Assembly (NCBI GenBank): GCA_004284765.1
Contig: NQJD01000001.1
Span: 1-32,000, forward strand
Length of the DNA stretch: 32,000 nt
From: Candidatus Electronema aureum
GTDB taxonomy: Bacteria; Desulfobacterota; Desulfobulbia; Desulfobulbales; Desulfobulbaceae
Direction of reading: 5' to 3'
Shown: positions 16,144-23,592 of the stretch, piece by piece
Layout of the letters: every line of letters begins with the position of its first letter
Position numbering within the stretch: position 1 is the stretch's first letter
Position numbers and translations under genes: made by a program
Notes under the pieces: generated by a model
Told to the model about the DNA's origin: nothing
Seen by the model: only the letters and a program-made list of their open reading frames with translations
The model's database searches: none

Positions 16144-17012
16144 ATCACCTTGTTCAGCGAATACTCGATGATCCCCTGTGCGCCGAGTTTTTTCAGCTGA
16201 GGAATCAAGTCGCGCACCTGATGCTCGGAAATGACCGTTTCCACCGAGAACCAAGGTTGCTTGTGCAGGCGGGCCACAGTCGGCGCGGTCACGCTGGGCA
16301 GGATGGCAAGGATGGCCTCAAAGGCTTCTTCCGGCGCGTTCATCTTCAAGGCGACGATCTTGTCTGCCCGCAGCGCGCCTTGCAGGAGCATGGCGATGTG
16401 GTCGATCTTCTCCTTTTTCCACGGATTAGCAAGAGCCTGTTTGCCCGCAATCAGCTGGGTGTTGGACTGCATCAGCTCGTGGATAACCCGCAGGCCGTGT
16501 GCGCGAATGGTTGCTTCAGTCTCGGTCACTTCGACAATTGCATCAGCCAGCCCGGAAACCGCCTTCGCCTCGGTCGCGCCCCAAGAAAAGGCGATATCGA
16601 CCTTCAGTCCGCGTTGCTCGAAGAAGTTGCGGGTGACGTTGACCAGCTCCGTGGCAATCTTCTTGCCGTCTAACTGCTCCACGGTCGTAATCGGCGAATC
16701 GCCGGGTACGGCAATCACCCAGCGGGTCGGCTTTCGGCTGACCTTGGAGTAAATCAGGTCTTCGATCACTACCACGTCAGAGTTGTTCTCCAGCGTCCAG
16801 TCTTTGCCGGTGATGCCCGCGTCGAGCATTCCGTCCTCAACGTAACGCGACATCTCCTGTGGGCGGCAGATGTAAATCGACAGCTCCGGGTCATCGACTT
16901 CTGGGAAATAATTCCTTGAAGTCATGCTGATCTTCCAACCTGATTTCTCAAACAGCTCAATGGTCGCCTTTTCTAAGCTGCCTTTGGGAATGCCTATTTT
17001 CAATACGCTCAT
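16140..17012 (-). CDS. hisG: ATP phosphoribosyltransferase, long form
   Basis: LKIGIPKGSLEKATIELF, DAGITGKDW, a C-terminal regulatory domain, about 290 aa. ATG at 17012 is preferred over the track's TTG at 17024. Confidence 0.92.
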   Translation of the reverse strand: MSVLKIGIPKGSLEKATIELFEKSGWKISMTSRNYFPEVDDPELSIYICRPQEMSRYVEDGMLDAGITGKDWTLENNSDVVVIEDLIYSKVSRKPTRWVIAVPGDSPITTVEQLDGKKIATELVNVTRNFFEQRGLKVDIAFSWGATEAKAVSGLADAIVEVTETEATIRAHGLRVIHELMQSNTQLIAGKQALANPWKKEKIDHIAMLLQGALRADKIVALKMNAPEEAFEAILAILPSVTAPTVARLHKQPWFSVETVISEHQVRDLIPQLKKLGAQGIIEYSLNKVI

Positions 17013-17033
17013 AATATGCCTCAACGATATGAT

Positions 17034-17061
17034 CGTAGGGGCAAAAGATTTTTTGCCCCTA
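17034..17061. repeat. REP-like palindrome GTAGGGGCAAAA-gatt-TTTTGCCCCTAC
   Basis: Perfect 12-bp arms in the 59-bp hisI-hisG spacer. It has the same GTAGGGG/CCCCTAC termini as 2822-2849. Confidence 0.7.
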
Positions 17062-17071
17062 CATAAAATAA

Positions 17072-17449
17072 TTAACCGTACACTTTGGCCGGATCAAAGA
17101 TCGGCTCGCCTTGAATGTGCAGCTCGTCGCCCTGCACCCGGCGGTAAAAACAGCTTTTATGCCCAGTGTGGCAGGCTGCACCACCGAGCTGCTCCACCTT
17201 GAAAACTACGGTGTCCTCGTCGCAATCAACCAGAATTTCCTTTACGAGCTGCACATGGCCAGAAGATTCGCCTTTGAGCCAGAGCTTGTTGCGCGAACGG
17301 CTCCAGTAATGGGCCTTGCCGGTCTCGATGGTTTTCCGCCACGATTCTTCGTTGATATAGGCCAGCATCAGCACTTCGCCGGTGGCTGCGTCCTGCGCGA
17401 TGGCGGGAATGAGGCTGTCAGGGGATTTTTTGAAGTTAAGTTCCAGCAT
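17072..17449 (-). CDS. hisI: Phosphoribosyl-AMP cyclohydrolase (monofunctional)
   Basis: [32 protein letters not shown] and DCD.D....V...G.ACHTG..SCF. Confidence 0.92.
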   Translation of the reverse strand: MLELNFKKSPDSLIPAIAQDAATGEVLMLAYINEESWRKTIETGKAHYWSRSRNKLWLKGESSGHVQLVKEILVDCDEDTVVFKVEQLGGAACHTGHKSCFYRRVQGDELHIQGEPIFDPAKVYG

Positions 17450-17457
17450 GTTTGCTT

Positions 17458-17709
17458 TTAAGGCGATTCGTTGATTTTCTTGCAGTTGCTATAGACAACC
17501 TCAGGGTCAATGTCCGCTCCCGACTCCCATTCCACTGTGTCAAATGACACTCTGACTTTTACAAATGAATGAGGACTTTTTATGCGGACAAATATTCCAA
17601 AATCAAGATACGGTTTCATGTCGAGGAAGCCGTTTTCTCCGTTGTCAAAGGCAAGATGCAGAATGAAATTATCTTGCGGGCGCACATCGATGACGGCAGG
17701 ATATTTCAT
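17458..17709 (-). CDS. DUF2442 domain protein
   Basis: 83 aa. The pattern V..V.P..NF.L.L.F.NGE...LD..PYL ... W..GADIDPE is the DUF2442 signature as I recall it. Confidence 0.75.
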   Translation of the reverse strand: MKYPAVIDVRPQDNFILHLAFDNGENGFLDMKPYLDFGIFVRIKSPHSFVKVRVSFDTVEWESGADIDPEVVYSNCKKINESP

Positions 17710-17722
17710 CTATTTTCTTCGG

Positions 17723-17908
17723 TTATTGCAGCGGCTGTATCTTGAATGGCTCTTCTCCGTTCATCATAAGATTCCAGTCAGCCATAAGTTCATCCTGATG
17801 AATAGCCTTGTATTCAGCATAATAAACATGAAAATGAGGCGGCGGATGTTCATTCGGCGCAAAATACATTCGAACGATTATGCCATAAAACATAGAGATA
17901 GTAGGCAA
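17723..17908 (-). CDS. DUF4160 domain protein, apparently shortened
   Basis: TTG at 17908 (GGGAGA 4 nt upstream) gives (M)PTISMFYGIIVRMYFAPNEHPPPHFHVYYAEYKA-IHQDELMADWNLMMNGEEPFKIQPLQ. N- and C-terminal DUF4160 blocks are present. The middle ~25 aa found in typical 85-90 aa members appears to be missing. Confidence 0.7.
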   Translation of the reverse strand: MPTISMFYGIIVRMYFAPNEHPPPHFHVYYAEYKAIHQDELMADWNLMMNGEEPFKIQPLQ

Positions 17909-17941
17909 GGTATCTCCCGTTTCACACACTGCCTTTCAAAA

Positions 17942-18946
17942 TTACGCTTTATTTTTTATATGATAATTTGAGTCGAGACATTTTAAACATGTTTCTGGCA
18001 TCTTTTCATTACCTTTGAATGATTCACGTATCTTATTCATTTTGTCACTATTCCATAATGAAATAATGCTGGAATTTAAAACATTACCTAATGTAACATC
18101 TGGAGACTTGTAGCCGCAACACAGCGACATATCTCCTTCTGGCCAAATCATTACCCTCCTAAAAGGACTGCTGCACTTTATTTTTACTTTTTCAAATTCA
18201 CCACCAGTGGCAGGTGTTTCATTTATATGGCGAAATCCTTGAAATTCAACAATGTCAACTTTATCTGCCCAAAATTCCTTAAACATAGCTTTTTCTGTAT
18301 AATTCGTAGGATTAACGCAAAATGACACGCGCACAGTAGGAAATGACTTGCTTCTTCGCTCCCTATTTTTAATAAAATTAAGAATATTTTCCACAATCTT
18401 GTCGTAATCATTGGAACGCCTGCTTTTTTTATATCTCTCTACAGTGGCAGCATCAATAGAAATGCAAATATGCCTTAATCCTGAATCTATAAGTAGTAGC
18501 GCGAATTCAGAATCAAGAAGCAATCCATTTGTATGGAGAAAAATATCCATTATTTGATTTTCATTGCAATAATTAATACCTTTCATTAGCAATTCTTTCT
18601 GCAATAACGGTTCAGCGGAAGAGCCGAAATTTATAGCGCAAAGGCCATTCTGCACCCCTTCATCTATTATTTTCTTCAGCAAAACCCATGTCATAGTAGC
18701 ACCATTTCTTGATCTGTACTTTTGATGACACATCGCACAATTTTGATTGCAAGCATCTTCCAGATCAACATCTATATGCAATGGAAATTTTGAATCTCTA
18801 TATTCTTCATGTGTATCTTTCCAATTACGTCTATACTCCAAGTATTTTCCCCCAAAAATACCTTCCATTATTTCGAAAGGATCAATTTTAACTAAAGACT
18901 CAAGGTCGTTGCTTTTAAATTTTTCATACTTTCCTTCATGAATCAT
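17942..18946 (-). CDS. Radical SAM enzyme with a C-terminal SPASM/twitch-like Cys cluster
   Basis: CNQNCAMCHQ (Cx3Cx2C) about 65 aa in, and a GSSAEPLL SAM-binding-like motif. The C-terminal cysteines are KCSSPF..GDMSLCCGYKS...PETCLKC. The gene is strongly AT-rich. Confidence 0.85.
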   Translation of the reverse strand: MIHEGKYEKFKSNDLESLVKIDPFEIMEGIFGGKYLEYRRNWKDTHEEYRDSKFPLHIDVDLEDACNQNCAMCHQKYRSRNGATMTWVLLKKIIDEGVQNGLCAINFGSSAEPLLQKELLMKGINYCNENQIMDIFLHTNGLLLDSEFALLLIDSGLRHICISIDAATVERYKKSRRSNDYDKIVENILNFIKNRERRSKSFPTVRVSFCVNPTNYTEKAMFKEFWADKVDIVEFQGFRHINETPATGGEFEKVKIKCSSPFRRVMIWPEGDMSLCCGYKSPDVTLGNVLNSSIISLWNSDKMNKIRESFKGNEKMPETCLKCLDSNYHIKNKA

Positions 18947-19057
18947 AGCTATATCTCCAATAATTGGTTATTAAACTACTCTATCATTCAATAAACTTAG
19001 TTATGCGTCATTGGTATGATTAATTACCTTTGTTGCAATAACTATACTTTCATTAAC

Positions 19058-19588
19058 CTACCGATAGAAAATACCTGCCAGCCCTTTTCTATATCCAGTC
19101 TGCACAAGCGCAAACTTTGTATTCAGTTCAACCGTGCTGAAGTAGAAATAAAATCCCCCGTACTTAGGCGAAGTCCGCTCGCTTGCAGCAACCATCCGCT
19201 CTTCAAGCATCTTGTATTCCATCGCTTCCGCATACGCCCCGATTGACTTTACCTCAGCAGGCTCGGAATGCACAAACACCTTTTCCCCTTGCATCAGCAT
19301 TGCCTTGCCGCCGCCGGTGAACGGCGCAGCCCACGCAGTCATGAACTCAACCTGCATGTCATGCAGAGCTTCGTACACATCTCCTTTTTGCGGAAAGCGC
19401 ATCGCTGTCGGAATCATGCTGCGCTCATAATCACGCGCCCAATCAAGCTCAGGCTGCCCGATTGATTGCCGCTTCCCGGCTTTCATCTCGGCCATCAAGT
19501 CGGCAAAGGTGAAATGCCAGTCTTCAGGACGAGGTGGCCGCTCGACGCTTCGCTCAGGCTTCTTACTCTTGCGATTGAAAAAGCACAT
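19058..19588 (-). CDS. Hypothetical protein (176-181 aa), no recognised domain
   Basis: Long ORF with backbone-like composition. The GTG start at 19603 overlaps the upstream small-ORF stop (GTGA). The alternative ATG is at 19588. Confidence 0.55.
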   Translation of the reverse strand: MCFFNRKSKKPERSVERPPRPEDWHFTFADLMAEMKAGKRQSIGQPELDWARDYERSMIPTAMRFPQKGDVYEALHDMQVEFMTAWAAPFTGGGKAMLMQGEKVFVHSEPAEVKSIGAYAEAMEYKMLEERMVAASERTSPKYGGFYFYFSTVELNTKFALVQTGYRKGLAGIFYR

Positions 19589-19599
19589 CGTGCTAATTC

Positions 19600-19779
19600 T
19601 CACCTTTCCACATTGCGGCTATCTGTTTCTTTAGCCGCCGTTTTTTGTTCGCCTCTATTCTCCCGCTCAATAAACTGAATCATGCAGGATTGTCGATGCT
19701 GGCAGTAGTCGCCCGGATGTTTGCACGTCGCTTGGGCGGCATCCATCTTTTCACCGTATTTGACGCATTCCAGTTTCAT
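19600..19779 (-). CDS. Unannotated 59-aa four-cysteine small protein
   Basis: ATG 19779-19777 has GGAG 8 nt upstream. Translation is MKLECVKYGEKMDAAQATCKHPGDYCQHRQSCMIQFIERENRGEQKTAAKETDSRNVER. It is one codon below the track's size cut-off. Confidence 0.5.
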   Translation of the reverse strand: MKLECVKYGEKMDAAQATCKHPGDYCQHRQSCMIQFIERENRGEQKTAAKETDSRNVER

Positions 19780-19847
19780 GCCGCTGCTCCATTGGCAAAA
19801 CCACTCGCCACATGCGTGTTACCTGCATGACACGTTTTCCTTCAGGA

Positions 19848-19997
19848 CTATATTTTTAGCCCAAGAATTCCAATCACGCCAACAATAATCAAATAAATCG
19901 CCACAATGTAATTCAATAACTTTGGTGTAATGAGAATGGCAATCCCAGCAATAATTGCGAGCAGATACTCAACGGCGAAATGCAGGTGAAGATTCAT
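19848..19997 (-). CDS. DUF3096-like small membrane protein (49 aa)
   Basis: MNLHLHFAVEYLLAIIAGIAILITPKLLNYIVAIYLIIVGVIGILGLKI has two hydrophobic helices, and the ..P.LLNYIVAIYLI..G..G motif is typical of DUF3096. It is not in the ORF track (under 60 aa). Confidence 0.6.
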   Translation of the reverse strand: MNLHLHFAVEYLLAIIAGIAILITPKLLNYIVAIYLIIVGVIGILGLKI

Positions 19998-20107
19998 AGC
20001 GTTTCCCTCCTTGGGATAAACATTTTTTAGATTTTCTCACCGGTCACATTTATGCGGTTAGGCGATCTTTGTCAAGCATCTTCATCCAGATCACCACACG
20101 AGCAGGC

Positions 20108-20136
20108 TTGCCAGACCGCAAATATTTTCTTATATA
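20108..20136 (+). promoter_or_regulatory. Candidate sigma70 promoter TTGCCA-17-TATATA upstream of the PPIase gene
   Basis: -35 at 20108-20113 and -10 at 20131-20136, 44 nt upstream of ATG 20180. Confidence 0.4.
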
Positions 20137-20179
20137 GAAAGACAAGTGCGCCAACAAAACCACAACCGAGGAAAACTCC

Positions 20180-20614
20180 ATGCCTATTGTCTCCCTAACC
20201 GACACCGTTATCATACGCTACACCGCTGCCCTTGAAAACGGCGAGCTGATCGAAAAAACTGACAAGCCTGTGACGGTGTCCATCGGCAGCGGAACTGTCT
20301 GTCCGGCAGTGGAAGCCTGTCTTTTCGGCATGGAACCGGGTCAGACCAGAGTAATTCGCGTGCAGCCTGAAGATGCCTATGGTCTGCATTTACCAGAACT
20401 CGTGCAGGATATCCCGCTTGCTGCCTTTCAAGGCAAACTTGTTCCTCAGTCGGGCATGATTCTTTCGCTGAATGTACAACGCGAAGGGCAGAACTGCCAA
20501 GTTCCAGCCACCGTGACAGCTGTGCGAAACGACACAGTGACCGTCGATTACAATCATCCGCTCGCCGGACAGATCATCGTCTATACTGTCAACTTGGTCA
20601 GTATTGCCGAGTGA
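20180..20614 (+). CDS. FKBP-type peptidyl-prolyl cis-trans isomerase (SlyD/SlpA-like, with an insert-in-flap region)
   Basis: 144 aa with G.G...PA.E..L.GM..G, AYG and VDYNHPLAGQ....V.LV. Confidence 0.85.
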   Translation: MPIVSLTDTVIIRYTAALENGELIEKTDKPVTVSIGSGTVCPAVEACLFGMEPGQTRVIRVQPEDAYGLHLPELVQDIPLAAFQGKLVPQSGMILSLNVQREGQNCQVPATVTAVRNDTVTVDYNHPLAGQIIVYTVNLVSIAE

Positions 20615-20826
20615 TTCGGAGCCGGAAACTCTGCCTCGCGCTCTTCGGTAAAATAACAGAAGCGGTCCCAAGAGAATTCTCTCCCTGATATCGGACAACG
20701 CAGCGTTACTTTGCGGTCATCAACCGCGATAACCAGCCAGTCACCCCGACGCGGGCCATCTTCGATGTGGATTTTCTGTCCCGGCGCAAAAGAATAAGGC
20801 CGGAAAAAGATCACGTTTTCAGTCAT
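20581..20826 (-). CDS. Hypothetical 81-aa protein
   Basis: ORF with backbone composition, divergent from mazG. Its 3' end overlaps the PPIase gene by 34 nt. No family recognised. Confidence 0.45.
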   Translation of the reverse strand: MTENVIFFRPYSFAPGQKIHIEDGPRRGDWLVIAVDDRKVTLRCPISGREFSWDRFCYFTEEREAEFPAPNHSAILTKLTV

Positions 20827-20864
20827 GCGGATGCTCCTTGCTTAAATTCAGCCAATACAACACC

Positions 20865-21275
20865 ATGCCTACTCAACCGGAAGTAGAGCCGTCTGTCAAG
20901 TCCTTTCAGCAGCTTGAAGCCCTTGTTAAAAGGCTGCGTTCCAAGCAAGGTTGTCCTTGGGATCAGCAGCAAACCGCTGCCAGTTTGAAGAAATATATCC
21001 TCGAAGAAGCGGCGGAGCTGGCCGAAGCCATTGACCGGGGCGATGAGCAGCATATCTGCGAGGAAGCGGGCGATCTCTATTTTGTCCTCACCCTGCTGCT
21101 GGTGATTTGCGAGGAAAAAGGCGGTTGCTCTGTTGCCGATGCCCTCAATGCCGTCTGCGAAAAGATGTTGCGTAGGCATCCCCATGTCTTTGCTGCTGAC
21201 GATCAGGTTATGCCATCTGAGGAGCAGCTCAAAACACAGTGGGAGCGGATCAAGCAGGAAGAAAAAAGACGATGA
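20865..21275 (+). CDS. mazG: MazG-family nucleoside triphosphate pyrophosphohydrolase
   Basis: L..L....GCPWD..QT..SL..Y.LEEA.EL.EAI, E.GDL.F, and KM.RRHPHVF. ATG 20865 is preferred over TTG 20838. Confidence 0.85.
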   Translation: MPTQPEVEPSVKSFQQLEALVKRLRSKQGCPWDQQQTAASLKKYILEEAAELAEAIDRGDEQHICEEAGDLYFVLTLLLVICEEKGGCSVADALNAVCEKMLRRHPHVFAADDQVMPSEEQLKTQWERIKQEEKRR

Positions 21276-21538
21276 GACTAATCGGTTGAACAGAAGAGTA
21301 TGAAGAAACAGAGAGTTAAAGAATCACTTCACTACTAACATAAATTTTATTATGTTTATCAGCTTTTCCGAGCAGCCAATTGCCAGTATATATCTATCTA
21401 TTTGATAGACAGGGGAGTTACGCAGTTTAATTTTACAAAGTGAACAAGTCAGGTCAGTTGTCATTTTTCATGAAAAACTGATTTTTACCAACCACGTAAC
21501 TCCTGAATAAATAGCTTCTCTCGGACACCAACAACGCC

Positions 21539-22597
21539 TTATTTTTTCCTAAAGGCTTCAGCAAGCTCCGTCACTGCCATTGCGTAGCGGTTGGAGTGGT
21601 TCCACTCGGTAATGGCTTGAAAGTTCGGATAGCCTGCAATGTAGCGAAATTCTTGCGCAGACTGCTGCGGACTCAGTTCTAACCCGACGATGGACAACGA
21701 GCGGCCTCCGGGGGAAGGTGGAAGATTTTTTCCTTGCGCATCACGCACTAATTGCCAAGACACCCTGCCTTTTTTCCAACCTTTATCCATCGCTTCGCTC
21801 AGTCGTGCATCCTTGAGCTTGTTACCCAGTTCGGCATAAACCGGCGCATCCAGCATCCAACCGTGCTTTTTGATATAATTGGCGATTGAGGCCAGCACGT
21901 CCGGTACTGAATTCCAGACATCTTTCTGCGCGTTGCCATCAAAACTCACGGCAAAGGAGCGAAAGGACGAGGGAATAAATTGCGTCTGGCCGAAAGCTCC
22001 GGCGTAGGAGCCTTTAACGCCATGCGGATCAACACCGTTTTCCTTGCAGAGCAGGAGAAAATGCACCAGCTGCTCGCGGAAGAAATCTGCCCGCCTCGGA
22101 TACGCGTCAAACAGAGTGTTAAGGGTCTGGAGTACATTGAAATCACCCTGATTACTGCCGTAGCGAGTTTCCACTGCCCAGATGGCGACAACAAACTCCC
22201 GATCCACACCAAACTGCTGCTCGACTCGGTCCAGCAATTCCTTGTGTTCCTTGAGCTTTGCTTTGCCGGTGAGAATATTCTGTGGGGTGATAAAAAGGGG
22301 GAAATATTTGTAGTAGGGCTTGGCTTCCCAAGGACGGTCCATCAGCTCCAGCACCCGCTTGGAGATGGTCACGCCGGTGAAAATTTGCTTTAGTTCCTGC
22401 GGGCTGAAACGGTATTTGCGCTCCAACTCGCTGAAGAGCGTTCTGTATTTTGGCTGATGCAGATCAATCTGCTGGCCGTCTTGTACTAAGTCCGCAGCCT
22501 TGAGCGTTTGAGTTTTCTCCACCGCTAACGTCGCAGTGGGCAGAGAAAAAAGAAAAGCGGCGAGTAGAACAGAGCGTGAAAAAGAAGAAAGGTGCAT
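21539..22597 (-). CDS. mltB: Lytic murein transglycosylase B family (SLT_2)
   Basis: Signal peptide MHLSSFSRSVLLAAFLFSLPTATLA. Also VVAIWAVETRYG, GSYAGAFGQTQFIPSSF and SNRYAMAV. Start is ATG 22597. Confidence 0.87.
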   Translation of the reverse strand: MHLSSFSRSVLLAAFLFSLPTATLAVEKTQTLKAADLVQDGQQIDLHQPKYRTLFSELERKYRFSPQELKQIFTGVTISKRVLELMDRPWEAKPYYKYFPLFITPQNILTGKAKLKEHKELLDRVEQQFGVDREFVVAIWAVETRYGSNQGDFNVLQTLNTLFDAYPRRADFFREQLVHFLLLCKENGVDPHGVKGSYAGAFGQTQFIPSSFRSFAVSFDGNAQKDVWNSVPDVLASIANYIKKHGWMLDAPVYAELGNKLKDARLSEAMDKGWKKGRVSWQLVRDAQGKNLPPSPGGRSLSIVGLELSPQQSAQEFRYIAGYPNFQAITEWNHSNRYAMAVTELAEAFRKK

Positions 22598-22623
22598 GAA
22601 AGAAGTTCGGAGGGTTAATTTGA

Positions 22624-23592
22624 TCAGAAAAACAGCCGCCCAAACTGGCAACTGAAGGCTCGAATGAATTCATCTAATTGATCAGCGGGCAGCGCGTTGA
22701 TGCCTGCCGCTGCCGCCCGTCCACCGCCGCTGGGAAATTGACGGCAGAGTACGTCTGCGCCGTTGCGGTTATGCAGCGGCGCACGGACACTGATTCGCAA
22801 CGTGCTGTCACGGTTTTCGGTCAGCAAGGCGTGGGCCAACGTAGGTCGTTGTCGGGCCAAGGTGTTAGCGCAAACCCCAGAGACCCGTCGCGCCCATGAC
22901 TCAGCTGGAAGCTGGAGAACGCGCCCGCCGCGATCTTCATATAGTGGTAGCAAGGACAAGGCGTTGTCCATGTCGCCTTTGTAACCCTCACGTAAGGTTT
23001 GCAGAAATTTTGAATCAGCATGAAATTCAAGCGGATCGGTATAAGCCTGTACGTGAAGGTACAAGGCAACAGGATGAAAAAACAAATCATCGACCGTGTC
23101 GCCGTAGCCGTTGTAGTTGAGCAGAATGCCGGTCTCCCGCAGCTGCTCAAGGCCTTTTAGTCCCAGCCGGTGGGCTAACTGACAGGCTGCCTCGTCCAAA
23201 TTGTCGCCAAAGGCACCAACTGCGGCCCACGCTGCATGTTTGTCTTTCAGCAACCGATTGACAATCAGTGAGGTGCAGATCAATGGCTCAAGATCAAGAT
23301 GAACGGTCAGTCGTTCAGAAACCGGTACCTCACCCGCATGATGATGATCGGCATAAAAGACGAGATTGCCAGCTGCTAAGAGCTGTTCAAGAGCGACACG
23401 GTTTTTATCTAAAGAAATATCTAAAACGGTGATGCGGCTGTCTTGAGCATCGCTAATCTGTGCCAGCAAAGCACTGTCCCGCTTTACCCCGCTGATCAAC
23501 CGCGCTTCTAACTGCGGCTCATGCAGGCGTAATTGATGTAAGGCGCAGATGCCATCAGCATCACCATTAAAGACATCAATGCACTTCATCAT
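22624..23592 (-). CDS. DHH-like phosphoesterase family protein
   Basis: N-terminal DVFNGDADGICALHQL (DxD motif), a downstream D.S.D and an HHH cluster (YADHHHAG). The start overlaps the lptD stop. The assignment is from motif memory only. Confidence 0.6.
   Translation of the reverse strand: MMKCIDVFNGDADGICALHQLRLHEPQLEARLISGVKRDSALLAQISDAQDSRITVLDISLDKNRVALEQLLAAGNLVFYADHHHAGEVPVSERLTVHLDLEPLICTSLIVNRLLKDKHAAWAAVGAFGDNLDEAACQLAHRLGLKGLEQLRETGILLNYNGYGDTVDDLFFHPVALYLHVQAYTDPLEFHADSKFLQTLREGYKGDMDNALSLLPLYEDRGGRVLQLPAESWARRVSGVCANTLARQRPTLAHALLTENRDSTLRISVRAPLHNRNGADVLCRQFPSGGGRAAAAGINALPADQLDEFIRAFSCQFGRLFF

Noticed and set aside
20581-20614. 34-nt convergent overlap of the 81-aa ORF with the PPIase gene as a sign of antisense regulation
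   Set aside because: The overlap involves only the unconserved-looking C-terminal tail of a hypothetical ORF whose true stop and status are uncertain. The evidence is insufficient for a regulatory claim.
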